Below are positions 1-10,116 of a DNA stretch of 64,000 nucleotides, one piece after another. Below the pieces are notes generated by a model, which had not been told where the DNA came from, did no database searches, and saw only the letters and a list, made by a program, of their open reading frames with translations. Made by a program: the position numbers and the translations under genes. The stretch is from Balanoglossus misakiensis (taxonomy: Eukaryota; Animalia; Hemichordata), in NCBI GenBank assembly GCA_040954595.2, contig CM082590.2:1798001-1862000 (forward strand). Reading direction: 5' to 3'. The first letter of the stretch is position 1, and each line of letters begins with the position of its first letter.

Positions 1-221
1 TTGCAACTTTTTCACATAGGGAAGGCACTCAAAACACACCCGCTTTCGACTTTGCAACTTTTTCACATCGGGAAGGCACCAAAAACACACCCGCTTTCGA
101 CTTTGCAACTTTTTCACAACAAGAAGGCACCCAAAACACACCCGCTTTAGACTTTGCAACTTTTTCACATCGAGAAGGCACCCAAAACACACCCGCTTTA
201 GACTTAGCAACTTTTTCACAT
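1..221. repeat. 51-bp tandem repeat, ~4.3 copies (continues off the left edge); probably the subterminal array of the element ending at 1652
   Basis: Unit ttgcaactttttcacatcgggaaggcacccaaaacacacccgctttcgact starts at 1, 52, 103 and 154. Confidence 0.9.
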
Positions 222-1652
222 CAGTTAGTTGATGAAAAATTATATCATCTGTTGAAGTTGGAAAATTTCTGAATATATTTTATTAAATAATTAACAGCTC
301 CAAGGAATAAAAAACATTTTTTTTGTCCATTTATATGTACTGGAATATCGCACAAAATCAAGTTCTGTCTCTTTTTTTTGGAGATCACGATTTTAATAAA
401 AGTTTTCCACGATTTATTCACCACAAACTACAACCCTTGCAAGTTGTACTGGCCGAAATACAATACTTGACTTTTGACCCGGGACGTCATTAACATACGT
501 AACCGGATTGGTCCATTCATAATAACGTCATTGAACAGTCATACTGGCAAGTCCACATCGTAGACACGGAAGTCAATGTCGGAAAGCCATTTCGACGCAG
601 TTTTAGCAAAATTTGTGAAATCGTTTCGTTGTTCCGACTACTTTAGGCGTCAGAGATGACGTGCGGATATCAAAACACGTAAGATCATGACAAGGGAGGT
701 CAGTCACGTACGTTCATCTCGCGCATCGGTCGACATGGTCATAACAATGTGGCCGCCATTCTCGATGTCAGTAAACAGTCGCATTGAAACACATCGCGTT
801 TTGATACGACTCGGACGATTGTAAGTACCAAACGCGTTTTGAACGAACACCTACTCCTGTGGTGTGTCCATTGATAGCTGTTGATTTGACCGTACTCATT
901 ACAAGAAATCTCGATCGCCATTTAAGGACGATGATGCATGGACGAGCATCCGCGGGAATGGTTCATTCAAAATGGCGTGGACATTGCATGTACGTTGCAT
1001 ACATGTAATATCGTTCCCGGACAGAAATGTGAAGCAGCATGCCTCGGATAACTTAATTATTGCTGTGAAACCACTGACTATATTCTGATCACGGTGACCA
1101 CATTTCCATCGAACTTAGTGTAGATTACAAGTGTTTGTACATAGCTAGTCGAACTGTACTATGTAGCTCTATCATTTTATCCATCATTTTATTTTTACTG
1201 TACTGTACAAAAGAACTTTATTAAGTTTACAATTAGCAATATATTGACTTTTAGTTTTATTAACAAAAATTGTATTGGCTGTTTTTTTCACATTGTGTGT
1301 GTGTGTGTATGAACCACTGCAGCAACTGCATAATATCATTCAGGTGTGTTTTAGGTGCCACCTAAAGTGCACCCGGAGTATGTTGTTCCGGGTGCGTTTC
1401 AGGTGCATCCATACCATATCATACGGGTGTGTTTCAGGTGCCACCTAAGGTGCACCTCGGGTGTGCTCTATTTCGGGTGCCTTTTGGGTGCACCTATAAT
1501 GCACCTGTTTTGTACACCCGAAACACACCTAAAGTGACCAATTTAAGGTGGTTTCGGGTGTGTTCTGAGGGGTGTGTTTCGGGTGCCACCTAAGGTGCAC
1601 CCGGGGTGTGTTCTTTTGGGTGCCTTTCGGGTGCACCCGATTTTGGTAAGGG
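1..1652. mobile_element. Right part of a non-autonomous DNA transposon with subterminal repeats, CACTA/EnSpm-like (terminus reads 5'-CCCTTACCAAAA on the - strand)
   Basis: 1340-1640 is packed with gggtgtgttt(c/t)gggtgcc and ggtgcacc motifs. These are the reverse complement of the gaaggcacccaaaacacacccg core of the 1-221 array. The motif block ends abruptly at ...ttttggtaaggg (1652). The superfamily call is inference. Confidence 0.55.
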
Positions 1653-1819
1653 CCGTTCTCAGCCTGTAATATTCTCTCAGCGCGCGCGTATCCCCGGCCC
1701 GTAGCCCCTACCAACGGGCCATATACTCTGTCAACCATGTAATATCACGTTCTTTTCTATGTCACGTGGTACGGTCTCAGCCAATCAATAGTACGGAATA
1801 CAGAGTGAGGTATAATAAA
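1653..1819. mobile_element. Terminal fragment of a non-autonomous element ending in GTATAATAA (CryptonV-like terminus, tentative)
   Basis: CpG-rich segment with cacgtg and ccaatca motifs ending gaggtataataaa. It is sandwiched between the LINE 3' UTR and the CACTA-like end. Confidence 0.35.
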
Positions 1820-1855
1820 TTGAACTAATATGTATAAAGATATATATATTTATAA

Positions 1856-4822
1856 TTAATTTTCTAAATACATCTGTTTGAGCGAGTACCGGAAAGTTTT
1901 TTGGGATTTTTTGTTTTTTATTTGTTCTGGTAATGAATTCCATAAGAGAGGGCCATTATAAGATATTGCAAATTTGCCCATTGTTGTATTTACACTTGGA
2001 ATATGGAGATTACCTTGTTTTTTGTGGCTTGTACTGTAGTCATGGAGAGGTAATTGACAGTAGGTTGTCAGCCTTTGTGGAAGATTATTGTTTACAAGAT
2101 CATACATGAAGGAGCATACCTGGAGCTTATGTAATTTGAAAATATCAAGGATTTTCAATTTGTGGAATAAAGGAGTTGAATGAGCTGTGAAATCACTGAA
2201 GGTTATTGCTCTTACTGCCATTTTTTGTAATAATTTAATACGGTTGAGATATGAAGGATATGTTGACCCCCATACTTCGAGGCCGTATGTTATATGTGGT
2301 TGAATAAGTGATTTGTAGAGTAAGGTAAGTATAGGGGTAGGTACAAAATGTCTGAGTTTAAAGAGAATGCCAACTTTCTTTCTGATGGTTGTGTTTAGCA
2401 TCTGGATATGTTTTGACCAGGTAAGATGCCTGTCAATGAGAATGCCAACAAATGATGCAGCTTCTACCTCATTTATGACCATATTATTTATGTGGAGAGA
2501 ACCAACATGGGAAACGTTTCGTCTTTGATTCCTGAAAATAATGTAATTTGTTTTTAGGTGATTTATAGTGAGTTTGTTGGCATTGCACCAATCTAGTACC
2601 AGCTGTAACTGGCTGTCAACATGGTTCAGATTGATATCACTTTTGTTTGCAGGGAAGGTATGAAACAGATTTGTATCATCAGCAAACAGCCGAAAGTTGA
2701 AGAAGGATGTTGAAAGGGCTATAACATTAATAAATAACAAAAATAGAGTAGGGCCAAGGACAGAACCCTGTGGAACTCCACATGTAATATTATGGCTAGA
2801 TGAGATATGGCCATCAGCACAAACATGTTGACATCTATCTTTTAAATAATCTGTAAACCATTGTAAAGGACGTCCACGTATACCATAGTGAGAGAGTTTA
2901 GATAGTAATATTGTATGATCAATGGTATCAAAGGCTTTTGAAAAGTCAAGGAAAATGCCAAGTGTAATTCTGCCAGCATCAAATTGCTTAATGAGATAAT
3001 TGACAAGATTGATCAGAGAGAGTTTGGTACTATATTTTTGTCGAAAGGCATACTGATGTTCATATAGAATATTAAATTTTTCTACAAAGTTGGTAAGACG
3101 GGAGTTGACTATTTTTTCTAAGACTTTGCTTGTAAGAGGTAAAATTGATATTGGTCTGTAATTTCCTGGATCATCAGTGGTTCCTTTCTTGAAACTTGGT
3201 ATAACTTTTGCTGATTTTAGGGCTTTCGGGAATATGCCTGAATGAAAGGCGAGGTTGAATATGTATTCAAGTGGTTTAGATATTACAGCAGCTCCATCTA
3301 TAAGAAGTCTAGCAGGAATTTGATCTTGGCCACAAGCTTTATAAGGATCTAGGCTACAAATAACTTTTTGTATTTCAAATTGAGTTGTTGGGGCAAGAAA
3401 GAATGAGTTTGAGATGGGTGCCTTGAGGTAATTATTGAAGTTGCAATTGTTAGACTTTATTTTACTAGCAAGGTCTGGACCAATACCAACAAAGTAGTTA
3501 TTTAGCTCATTGACCATGTCAGTTTTCTTAGTTACGGTTCGTACCTTACCATTAGACTTAACACAAAGATTATCTAGCAGAGATTGACTGGCATTACCTT
3601 GGCTTCCAAGTATCTCTCTAATAGTTTTCCATATTGCAGTAGTGTTATTTTCATTTTGTATAAAGATATTGCTATAGTACATCTGTTTGGCTTTCCTGAG
3701 TAAAGCTGATAAAATATTTCGATATTTTTTATAATTATCAACAGCAACAGCATTATTAAATTTTGATTTATATAATTTGTTATATAGCCTATGTTTGGTG
3801 TTAATAGATTTTCTAAGTGATTTGGTGATCCAAGGTTTTCTTATTTTTTTGGTACTATAGGATTTTGTAGAAATAGGTGCATGTTTATCACAAATTTCAT
3901 TGAAGACTGAATAAAAATTGTTGTAAGCCTCATTAGCATCAGAGCAATGGTACACAGAATCCCATGTTGTGCTTTCAAGATTTTCGTAGAATTGGGAGGG
4001 ACTATAGTTTTTGAAATTTCTAAAAATAATTTTTTCTTTTTGTGGCAATTTTAGAGGAATATTTTCTAAAAGAGTATACACAGGGTGATGGTCTGAGATA
4101 TCAGTGATTATAGTGCCAGCATGAATAGGACGTTGATTAATATTTGTGTAGATGTGGTCAATTAAAGTCTCAGATGAACTAGTCACTCTGGTTGGGGTAG
4201 ATATCAGCTGTCTTAAGCCTATACATTCCAAGGAGGATAGATATGAATCTATATTGGGGTTGGTCAGTCTTATGTTAGTATCAATATTAAAGTCACCCAT
4301 TAAAATACAATTATTTTTGTCACATCTGAGCTCATTTAAAACTTGCATGAGACTAATTTGAAATTCTGTTATATCAGTATTAGGTTTTCTGTAGACTATT
4401 CCCATAATTATCTTTGTATTTTTAACCTGTACCTCCATCCAGAGTGATTCTGAGTGACTGACACTTGCTGGAAGCAGCTTGTAGATTACTGATGAATGTA
4501 TGTAAGCCCCAACCCCACCACCCCTTCCTACTTCACGAGACTTCACTTCTAATGTGTAATCTTGCATATTACAAATACTTAAATTATTTGGGTCCCATAC
4601 TTCAGAGATTCCAATGATAGCAAATTTGGACTTGATAATATCCTCATATAGTAATTTTAAGGCATCAACGTTTCTGTGTAATGATCTGACATTTAGATGG
4701 GAAACACAAAATGAATTATAAAGCTGGGGGGAAAAGTGTTCGTCAAAATCACAGGGTGGAAGGGTATGATGACTTACATTGAAGAGGTCACCATCATTTA
4801 GTGTTGTAGAGTCAGTGTTCAT
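1856..4822 (-). CDS. LINE ORF2: APE endonuclease plus reverse transcriptase, 988 aa, uninterrupted
   Basis: APE motifs HLNVRSL, ISEVW, YRKP, GDFNID, IDHIYTN and SDHHPV. RT motifs NYRPISIL, FLDFSKAFDTIDH, GVPQGSVLGP and FADDT. C-terminal YGLEVWG...LQKMAVR. Confidence 0.96.
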   Translation of the reverse strand: MNTDSTTLNDGDLFNVSHHTLPPCDFDEHFSPQLYNSFCVSHLNVRSLHRNVDALKLLYEDIIKSKFAIIGISEVWDPNNLSICNMQDYTLEVKSREVGRGGGVGAYIHSSVIYKLLPASVSHSESLWMEVQVKNTKIIMGIVYRKPNTDITEFQISLMQVLNELRCDKNNCILMGDFNIDTNIRLTNPNIDSYLSSLECIGLRQLISTPTRVTSSSETLIDHIYTNINQRPIHAGTIITDISDHHPVYTLLENIPLKLPQKEKIIFRNFKNYSPSQFYENLESTTWDSVYHCSDANEAYNNFYSVFNEICDKHAPISTKSYSTKKIRKPWITKSLRKSINTKHRLYNKLYKSKFNNAVAVDNYKKYRNILSALLRKAKQMYYSNIFIQNENNTTAIWKTIREILGSQGNASQSLLDNLCVKSNGKVRTVTKKTDMVNELNNYFVGIGPDLASKIKSNNCNFNNYLKAPISNSFFLAPTTQFEIQKVICSLDPYKACGQDQIPARLLIDGAAVISKPLEYIFNLAFHSGIFPKALKSAKVIPSFKKGTTDDPGNYRPISILPLTSKVLEKIVNSRLTNFVEKFNILYEHQYAFRQKYSTKLSLINLVNYLIKQFDAGRITLGIFLDFSKAFDTIDHTILLSKLSHYGIRGRPLQWFTDYLKDRCQHVCADGHISSSHNITCGVPQGSVLGPTLFLLFINVIALSTSFFNFRLFADDTNLFHTFPANKSDINLNHVDSQLQLVLDWCNANKLTINHLKTNYIIFRNQRRNVSHVGSLHINNMVINEVEAASFVGILIDRHLTWSKHIQMLNTTIRKKVGILFKLRHFVPTPILTLLYKSLIQPHITYGLEVWGSTYPSYLNRIKLLQKMAVRAITFSDFTAHSTPLFHKLKILDIFKLHKLQVCSFMYDLVNNNLPQRLTTYCQLPLHDYSTSHKKQGNLHIPSVNTTMGKFAISYNGPLLWNSLPEQIKNKKSQKTFRYSLKQMYLEN

Positions 4823-4850
4823 GAGATTGTTTATCGTTCAGAGGAAAAAG

Positions 4851-5768
4851 TTAGACAATGCTGGATAATTGTGCTTCTCGTGAGATGATGAGTGGTGCTG
4901 ACTGGGCATTCTTCTTTACATAGATTTTACCGTTGTTTGTCCACATAAACTGGTACCGGGCCTCTTTCCTTGTAGTGTTGACTTTGAACAGTAGTTGACG
5001 GGTTGAAGGTAACAGGTTTTCATTGATGAAGATCTTTGATGAACTGTCGAAGCCAAAATCTGTGGCGGTGGTATTCTTCAGTTTCCTTCTGTTGTCGTAG
5101 ATGCTGTTCCTTGCTTTCCTGGTGGTGAAGCGAACTATGATGGGACGTGGTCGTGGGCGGTTAGGCTGATTGTTGGTACCGGGTCTGTCAACTGCTCTCG
5201 TTCGGTGGGCGACGTCGATGTCATTTTCATTGATTGCAGGGTTTATTTTCTTCATGATGGATAGAGCTGTAGCATTTATGTCTTCATTATCTCGTTCGGG
5301 AACGCATGTTATTTCTATATTTGCCCTACGATGATACTGGTTCAGGGTTGATATTTCCCTCTCAAGTGTGCAAACACGTTGACCCAGTCTGTTGTTGTCT
5401 TCCTGTATTTGTTGGTTGACACGGGACAGTATATCAAAGCGAGTTGACATTTCCTCGAACTTGGTGTTGATAAAATGCATGGAATCGTTAATTTGTGTTT
5501 GTTGTTGTTTTACCTCCGCCAGATCGCTTCCAATTTTTGCAAGTTGCGCTAGAATTGGTTGAAGTAGGTGCTGAAATTGTTCCGGATTGACTGCGTCATC
5601 GCCTTTGTCTTCGGTATTGTCATGTGGAGGGTCGGCCATGTTGTTTGATACTGTGTTAGGTTGTGTTGAAGTCTTACCAAATCTCTTCTCATTACAGCTT
5701 AGGCATAGTATAAGATCTCCTTGTCGTAGCTTCACTCCTCTCTTGGCATTGCAATCTTGACACTTCAT
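4851..5768 (-). CDS. LINE ORF1 (305 aa): N-terminal CxxC...CxxC zinc finger, coiled coil, RRM/L1-ORF1-like domain and FP25K-like C-terminal domain
   Basis: Starts MKCQDCNAKRG...CLSCNE at the ATG at 5768. Heptad-rich middle. Motifs AHR...PRPIIVRF, IFINENL and FMWTNNGKIYVK. Confidence 0.88.
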   Translation of the reverse strand: MKCQDCNAKRGVKLRQGDLILCLSCNEKRFGKTSTQPNTVSNNMADPPHDNTEDKGDDAVNPEQFQHLLQPILAQLAKIGSDLAEVKQQQTQINDSMHFINTKFEEMSTRFDILSRVNQQIQEDNNRLGQRVCTLEREISTLNQYHRRANIEITCVPERDNEDINATALSIMKKINPAINENDIDVAHRTRAVDRPGTNNQPNRPRPRPIIVRFTTRKARNSIYDNRRKLKNTTATDFGFDSSSKIFINENLLPSTRQLLFKVNTTRKEARYQFMWTNNGKIYVKKNAQSAPLIISREAQLSSIV

Positions 5769-6982
5769 TTTGAGAGTTTGGTTGAAATGGTGGTTTTGTC
5801 GAGTGATATAGCACTTGCTGAAGAAATTAAAAAAATATGTCACAATGCTACAAAAAGGCTGCAGCTGTAACACCGACTTGGTGAATTTTGCATGCTGGAA
5901 AACTGTTGTCTTTTTAGGAGAAGTGCTCCTCAGAAAACACGCCATTCTATTGTTTGACGTCGGGCAATATTTTAATGGTTGTTTAGACAATGAATATCAG
6001 ACTTTGCGACCCATTGTCAAGTTACAACGAGTGGAATTCCACAGAAAACCTAATAGCTGGCTTATTCGGGAATTTCTATGTGTGTATTATCCAATTCACC
6101 TTTCTGTTGTATCAAAAGTGAGTAGAAAGTTCTCCACCTTTTTGTACCGAACAGGTTCAGATCTCACTATTGCCCTCCAAAATGCACTTGTCGAACATCC
6201 TCAGTATGTTGTGCAAGCTGAGAAACAGATAGAGAGGCTTGAAAAGCAAGTAAGAGACTTGAGTAAAGTTGACGTTGACTTTTTCAAAATGCTTGATTTG
6301 GTGGCTGTGAAATCAAATGCCAGCATTTATCAGCAATCTCAAGAATTCAGTAATTACTGCAAAACAAACATTGTTGATCTGAGTACACTTGATGTTAAAT
6401 ATATTGTCAGTGAGATTGACCCCATGTTATGGAACATTGTTGTATATTTAACGTTGAACAACAGTGAACGCAGTAAATTAAAAAGCTCCAACTTTGAATG
6501 GAATAAACACTACTATGGATTTTATGACCGGCACTCTATGGAGAGTAGAGCACGATTCCTCAGGCGTTTCTTTTGTGTGTATGCTATTGTTGACTTGTTC
6601 TGATCATTGTACTTACCCATTGCATACTTACCTGGCTGACATTGTTGAAGGTTATAGTAGGTCATCTACTCTAGTGAAAATTCTAAATTGATTTGGTATT
6701 ATTTGTTCTGGAGATACATTGCATAGATACATGTTGGGAGTTATCAACAAAAGAACATCAGCTGATTTCACAGAGGAAAATATTGCAACTAATGCATTTT
6801 GTTTAACTTCCATTGACAATATTGATAAATCAGCTAAATATGCAGCTGTTACAGCTGATCCAAAGGACAGAGGTTTCCACGGTACCTCTTATCAAATGGT
6901 CCAACCAAAACCATAGTCAATTCTGAACAGTATTGATGATATTGTTTTTGGCAGTCATGACAAACATTCAACTGTCAAAGAT

Positions 6983-7465
6983 TTTAAGCTAATCAACATT
7001 TATTGTGATGGAAGGTGCTTTTTCAGGAGCATCTCTGTGAGAAATGATTTTGCATTTCGAAATTGTGATCGTCTACTTAATGGACTCCCTTCTGACCCAA
7101 TTTTAGCTGACCGAGAGAAAATATTTGCAGACAAGTTAAGAGCAGATACATTAGACATAATGCGTGCCAATCATATATACTTTGAAGAACTGGATGATGC
7201 ACAACTTGATGCCCTGTTAGACGGCACTCGTTATATGGACATTTTGCACAGAACACAATGTATGGAAAAGGCAGATGAATATGCTGGTATGCCAGAAATG
7301 TTATAAGTAGTGTATGTTGCAAAATGTCCATTACATATATACACCAAGCAGAATGATATATTTGCAAGAGGTGATGGTTATGTGTTCTCCAAGACTGAGC
7401 CTGTCTGTCTCTTGTACACACCAGACAGGCCAGGTCAACCAGGCCATTATGATTTGCTTCTTAAC
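6983..7465 (+). pseudogene. OTU-family cysteine protease (deubiquitinase-like) domain embedded in the Academ ORF
   Basis: FKLINIYCDGRCFFRSIS (D at 7007, C at 7016), then EYAGMPEML*, PLHIY and LLY..PGHYDLLL (H at 7445). It is in the same frame as the upstream DNID/HGT segment, with single in-frame stops at 6914 and 7304. Confidence 0.8.
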
Positions 7466-8568
7466 AGGCAGTTAATTAAAAGTAAAGATAGTCTGGTGAA
7501 TGAAAATGCACAGAATTCATTTGAATGGTGGCAGGAATTAAACAGTGGCTTTTGTTCACAAAATACAGTAGACTCTGAAATGAATGAAATTGTTGGCAAT
7601 TTTCCTTGTGGAAATAATACTAAAATCATGGTTGACAGATCTATCTCAAAAAATACTGGTACAGGTTTGAGTGCACCTGTGAGAAAAGCCCGTACATTTA
7701 CGGAGAAAAAATCCAATGATACTTTTCATGATGATGTAGTATTTAAACCACCTCTACTGAGACAACATCAACCACGGACATCAATTTCGCTGTCAGATTT
7801 TGACATTAAACAAGAAGAAGCCATTGCTTGGTCAGAACTGTTTTCTGACAATTCATTTTTGCTCTACAGAAAAATGCAATGCACAGAGCTGATATAGAAA
7901 CAGTATTTGGGGATTTTAAATCAACATTAGCGACAACTGCTAACAGTAATGACAGTGAATGCTCAAATGTCATTTATTTGGGCATATCAAGTGAACACGC
8001 AGACTCAATTGAAACTGTCCATAACATTATCAATAAGCTGTATATGTTACATTCAGAGTTGGTGTAAGAATAAAATACCTGGTTGTGGTTGGTGATGGGA
8101 AAACTTTCCATCACCTGATAAAGTTAAAAGACATGTATGGTGCAGATTTAGACTGGTTGCAGCCTTTTATCAGAGACTGGCACACTCTAAAAAATTACCA
8201 ACCAGTCATCATGAAAATATTCTGGGATGCTGGCCTATAACATCTGGCAGGGTTCAATCATAAAGGGGGAACTTTGGAAAGCCTACTACAGTGTACAAAT
8301 TTCAAGCTAACTCATCGCTTCCTAAGACAAATTTGGGAAAGTATGTTTAGATGTCTTGTCAATTCCTTTTTGAATATGAGGGGTGAAACCCATAATACCC
8401 AGCACTGTCCCTTAAATACAGAAACAGTCCAAAAATGTTTACTAGAAGCTGTCACAAAATCTTTGGAATGTACTGAAGATAAAGCTGATCATATTGACAA
8501 AATTAATGGTGACCTTAAGGCTCAACTTACTGGCTTGCAAGAGGAATTTCAGATTTTTTGTGACAGAA

Positions 8569-9258
8569 CATAGTACGATATTTTACCCACAATTCTCCAT
8601 GATTTGTATCATCGAAGGTTGCCCATTTAATAACTTTTTCTGGTTTAGATACTAACAATGATATGAAGTACATATAAATCTATTTATTTTTATCTAGGAA
8701 AAGTACATTGAGGAATTAGAGTGAAAATTCCAAAATTAAAATTTAAAAGCTATAAGAATCAAAGTATTCATGTACTGCAAATGCCAAGCAATGATTGACT
8801 GAGGTGGCCAGTCTCTGTTGAAAGTTATCAATCAATCAATCAATCAGAAAAATTTGTATAGCGCCAGTATCTATAACACGTGTCATACTCAAATGCTCTT
8901 GTTAGGGCAAAGTTAACATGTAAATTTCCATTCTTCTGTCAAAAGAAAATATCAATATCTTTTTGTTTGATTAAACAGGTGTTTCAAGTGTCCCTGTTTT
9001 ACTCCAAACTTTTTTGTATGGCTGGCTATGCAATTACTTGATTATTTTATAAAATTCGTATCTCCTCTCTCAATAATACATAATTTTCTAAATCATTTGA
9101 AATGGTAATTGACAATAAGATTCACCTTAAAAGTAAGATCTCAAAATTTCGATTAGTGGTCTACAATTCTCTCTACACATGTGAACTTTGCCTGGTTTGA
9201 CTGAGTAATCTCTGATTGTACAAATCATAATGAATTATGGGAGTTTTCACGTACAGTG
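8569..9258. mobile_element. 690-bp non-autonomous element with 5-bp TSD and CAC/CAT termini (Transib-like)
   Basis: TSD cagaa at 8564-8568 and 9259-9263. Imperfect TIRs CATAGTACG..cccacaattctccatgatttgta and CACTGTACG..cccataattcattatgatttgta. Removing it restores the Academ frame FCD-RR-ANTDKTFKFW. Confidence 0.8.
8827..8900 (-). mobile_element. Very short 3' end of an L2/CR1-type LINE or SINE
   Basis: The - strand reads ggcgctatacaaat...(tgat)n tail. Confidence 0.45.
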
Positions 9259-9834
9259 CAGAAGGGCAAATACAGACAAAACTTTCAAATTTTGGGTTAG
9301 ATTTATAGAGGAAGATTTGTACATTGCAATAAGGTCAGGAAATTGGAACCTTCGAATATCGGCTTTGAAAAAAATGAACCCACTGTTCCATGCATATGAC
9401 CGATCCCTGTACTTGAGGTTAATTCCCAGACATCTTGCTGACCTTCTGAAGATGCCAAACTCTCTGTTGTTACATTTCAAAGCAGGTGGTTTTGTTTGCA
9501 ATTTGTCAGGCTCAACTTGGGTTATTGTAGCACTAGATGAAGCCCATGAAATGTGCATCAATAAAAGATGTTAAAGCTGCACTGCATACTTCTACAGGTG
9601 GGTTAATGGAGAGAATAGCAATTTATTTACCCTATAGAGCTATGGCTGCCAAGAATCTAAAAGATCGGTTATTTCCTTTCCAAAATGAAACCCATATTTC
9701 AGTTAGCGTACATAAAATACATGAGTCAAACTGCAGGTTGTATATCAATTGTCTTGAAGGTGCTGATGTATTTTCACCACTTAATACCGCCAGGGAGCTG
9801 ACTAATATATTTTCAGATGACACAGCAACAAATA

Positions 9835-10116
9835 GCGTCAAGGACACTGTGGTCCTATTTGAGGATTATGCGGAAACAGTGACACACCAGAATAAAAATA
9901 ACAGGTGACATTGCAAGCAGATATGATCTAAGATATAGAAATATGGAATGTAAAAAAATTAACAAGGAACATGCCCAATAAACTGTCATGTGTCATGACA
10001 AGTTTTTGATGCGGACGGACATACAGACATACATCCATACATCCATCCATACATACATACATACATACAGACGCAACTGATCCCAAAAGGTCCCATGGTA
10101 CATACCAATGGGACCT
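9835..10116. mobile_element. Helentron-associated (DINE-1/HINE-like) non-autonomous fragment inserted in the Academ ORF
   Basis: (CATA/CATC)n microsatellite followed by the hairpin ggtcccatggtacataccaatgggacc. It is flanked by aata on both sides, and removal restores DDTATN-KITQKDLL. A related copy lies inverted at ~21035-21115. Confidence 0.65.

Larger units (their letters stand above)
1820..5961 (-). mobile_element. Near full-length CR1/L2-group (Crack/Daphne-like) non-LTR retrotransposon; 3' UTR cut short
   Basis: Two tandem open ORFs separated by 28 bp. A ~190-bp 5' UTR begins near gacgtcaaacaatagaatggcg. Only ~35 bp of 3' UTR remain and there is no tail. Confidence 0.9.

Noticed and set aside
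4851-5300. Baculovirus FP25K gene or endogenous virus
   Set aside because: This domain is a normal component of CR1/L2-group ORF1 and sits directly upstream of the APE-RT ORF.
5769-5990. N-terminal extension of LINE ORF1 to 379 aa, and the start of ORF 5815..6603
   Set aside because: Both run across the LINE 5' UTR/Academ junction from non-ATG starts. ORF1 more plausibly starts at the ATG at 5768, and Academ-like sequence starts near 5962.
8569-9258. Spliceosomal intron in the Academ ORF
   Set aside because: The boundaries are not GT-AG, and the TSD plus TIRs explain the interruption.
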